This document shows positions 63,332 to 64,000 of a stretch of DNA of 64,000 bases, piece after piece; the first letter of the stretch is position 1, and the number at the start of each line of letters is the position of its first letter. Made by a program: the position numbers and the translations under genes. Location: sequence record NC_041878.1; one strand, given 5' to 3'. The notes under the pieces were generated by a model. That model had not been told where the DNA came from. It did not search any database and saw only the letters and a list, made by a program, of their open reading frames with translations.

Positions 63332-63727
63332 ATGGCAAGCTTAGTACAAAAATTTAAAGCATTTACTGATATATCAAGTAATGACATTACAAGAATCTAT
63401 GATGCTCTTTACATACAAAAAATATTAGTTAAGTTTCATCCTAATTTCACATTGTATGCAGATAGAGAAGATATTCTAATACTAGATGTTCAGCAAAAAG
63501 AAGTACTAACATATATTGAATTCCATGAGAATCATATGCTTGTTAATGTATCACGAGATTTCACGGATGACGAAGTAAACAGTGCTGAAGAATTTATTTT
63601 GAAGTACGATGCAACATCAGAATGGTTGTTCCAATTAAGTACTATTCACGATTTAGGATTTATTGAGAATCGTTATATGAAGTACTTGAATAAGTTACGT
63701 GACCTTTATAGTACTGACTATGATTAA
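63332..63727 (+). CDS. hypothetical protein, EExxFQxxT family
   Basis: SEWLFQLSTIHDLG. Confidence 0.7.
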   Translation: MASLVQKFKAFTDISSNDITRIYDALYIQKILVKFHPNFTLYADREDILILDVQQKEVLTYIEFHENHMLVNVSRDFTDDEVNSAEEFILKYDATSEWLFQLSTIHDLGFIENRYMKYLNKLRDLYSTDYD

Positions 63728-63730
63728 AAA

Positions 63731-63759
63731 TGAAACGAAAAAATAAACTATGGTATAAT
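63731..63759 (+). promoter_or_regulatory. class-B promoter
   Basis: TGAAAC-17-TATAAT before tRNA-Pro pair. Confidence 0.8.
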
Positions 63760-63780
63760 GTAGTTAGAAAATAAAAAATT

Positions 63781-63854
63781 CTCCGGTTGGGTCAATGGTT
63801 GATCGCTTGTTTTGGGAACAAGAATATGGAAGTTCGATTCTTTCACTGGAGACA
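63781..63854 (+). tRNA. tRNA-Pro(TGG)
   Basis: CTTGT-TTTGGGA-ACAAG; C1:G72, A73. Confidence 0.85.
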
Positions 63855-63857
63855 AAA

Positions 63858-63933
63858 CGGGATGTAGCTCAGTTGATAGAGTGCGTCGTTTGGGGCGATG
63901 AAGCCGCTGGTTTGAGTCCAGCCATCCCGACCA
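63858..63933 (+). tRNA. tRNA-Pro(TGG), second copy
   Basis: CGTCG-TTTGGGG-CGATG; CCA. Confidence 0.9.
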
Positions 63934-63948
63934 ATTAAGGATAACATA

Positions 63949-64000
63949 ATGAAACGTAATAGACAAATGATATTGTCCAGTACTTCAGAAACCGATATTA
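63949..64000 (+). CDS. hypothetical protein (3' partial)
   Basis: SD AAGGA; runs off window. Confidence 0.5.
   Translation, partial: MKRNRQMILSSTSETDI

Noticed and set aside
365-63966. All minus-strand ORFs in the track (e.g. 365-883, 2696-3235, 6197-6748, 36210-36890, 45715-46335, 53499-54068)
   Set aside because: They are antisense shadows of + strand genes or RNA genes; no SD, atypical composition, and all promoters and terminators point +
1-64000. Genome-wide TAG reassignment (alternative genetic code)
   Set aside because: Long genes contain no in-frame TAG and at least two genes end in TAG; only two adjacent genes show internal amber codons

Overview
64 kb of an AT-rich (~35% GC by eye) lytic phage genome. 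Essentially all genes are on the + strand, densely packed, mostly short hypothetical proteins, and interleaved with about 20 tRNA genes and many structured non-coding RNAs. Gene content (TelA, NadR+PnuC, Pth2, ATP-grasp pair, AAA ATPase, C5 methyltransferase, HNH endonucleases, Acb2) and sigma70-type promoters suggest the accessory/tRNA region of a large enterobacterial myovirus, probably Rak2/GAP32-like (inference, not searched). There are no structural, replication, rRNA-operon or CRISPR genes. Three things stand out. (1) A dispersed family of at least 17 RNAs shares a GAATC-NN-ACAGCAA...GATTC helix. It occurs as an insert in the anticodon stem of otherwise normal tRNAs (Lys-UUU, Glu-UUC, Pro-like, Phe-like), as circularly permuted tRNA mimics with a closed acceptor stem (YrlA Y-RNA-like architecture), and as minimal hairpins, some carrying anticodon-like loops. 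(2) A mimic of the 23S rRNA uL11-binding GTPase-associated centre, with a ~180-nt insert, sits directly upstream of a Pth2-like gene and an HD-domain gene that each contain one in-frame TAG; a CUA-anticodon tRNA lies 3 kb downstream. (3) A ~490-nt ROOL-like RNA, a distinct TGAAAC-N17-TATAAT promoter class that mostly drives RNA genes, and strong AGTACT over-representation.
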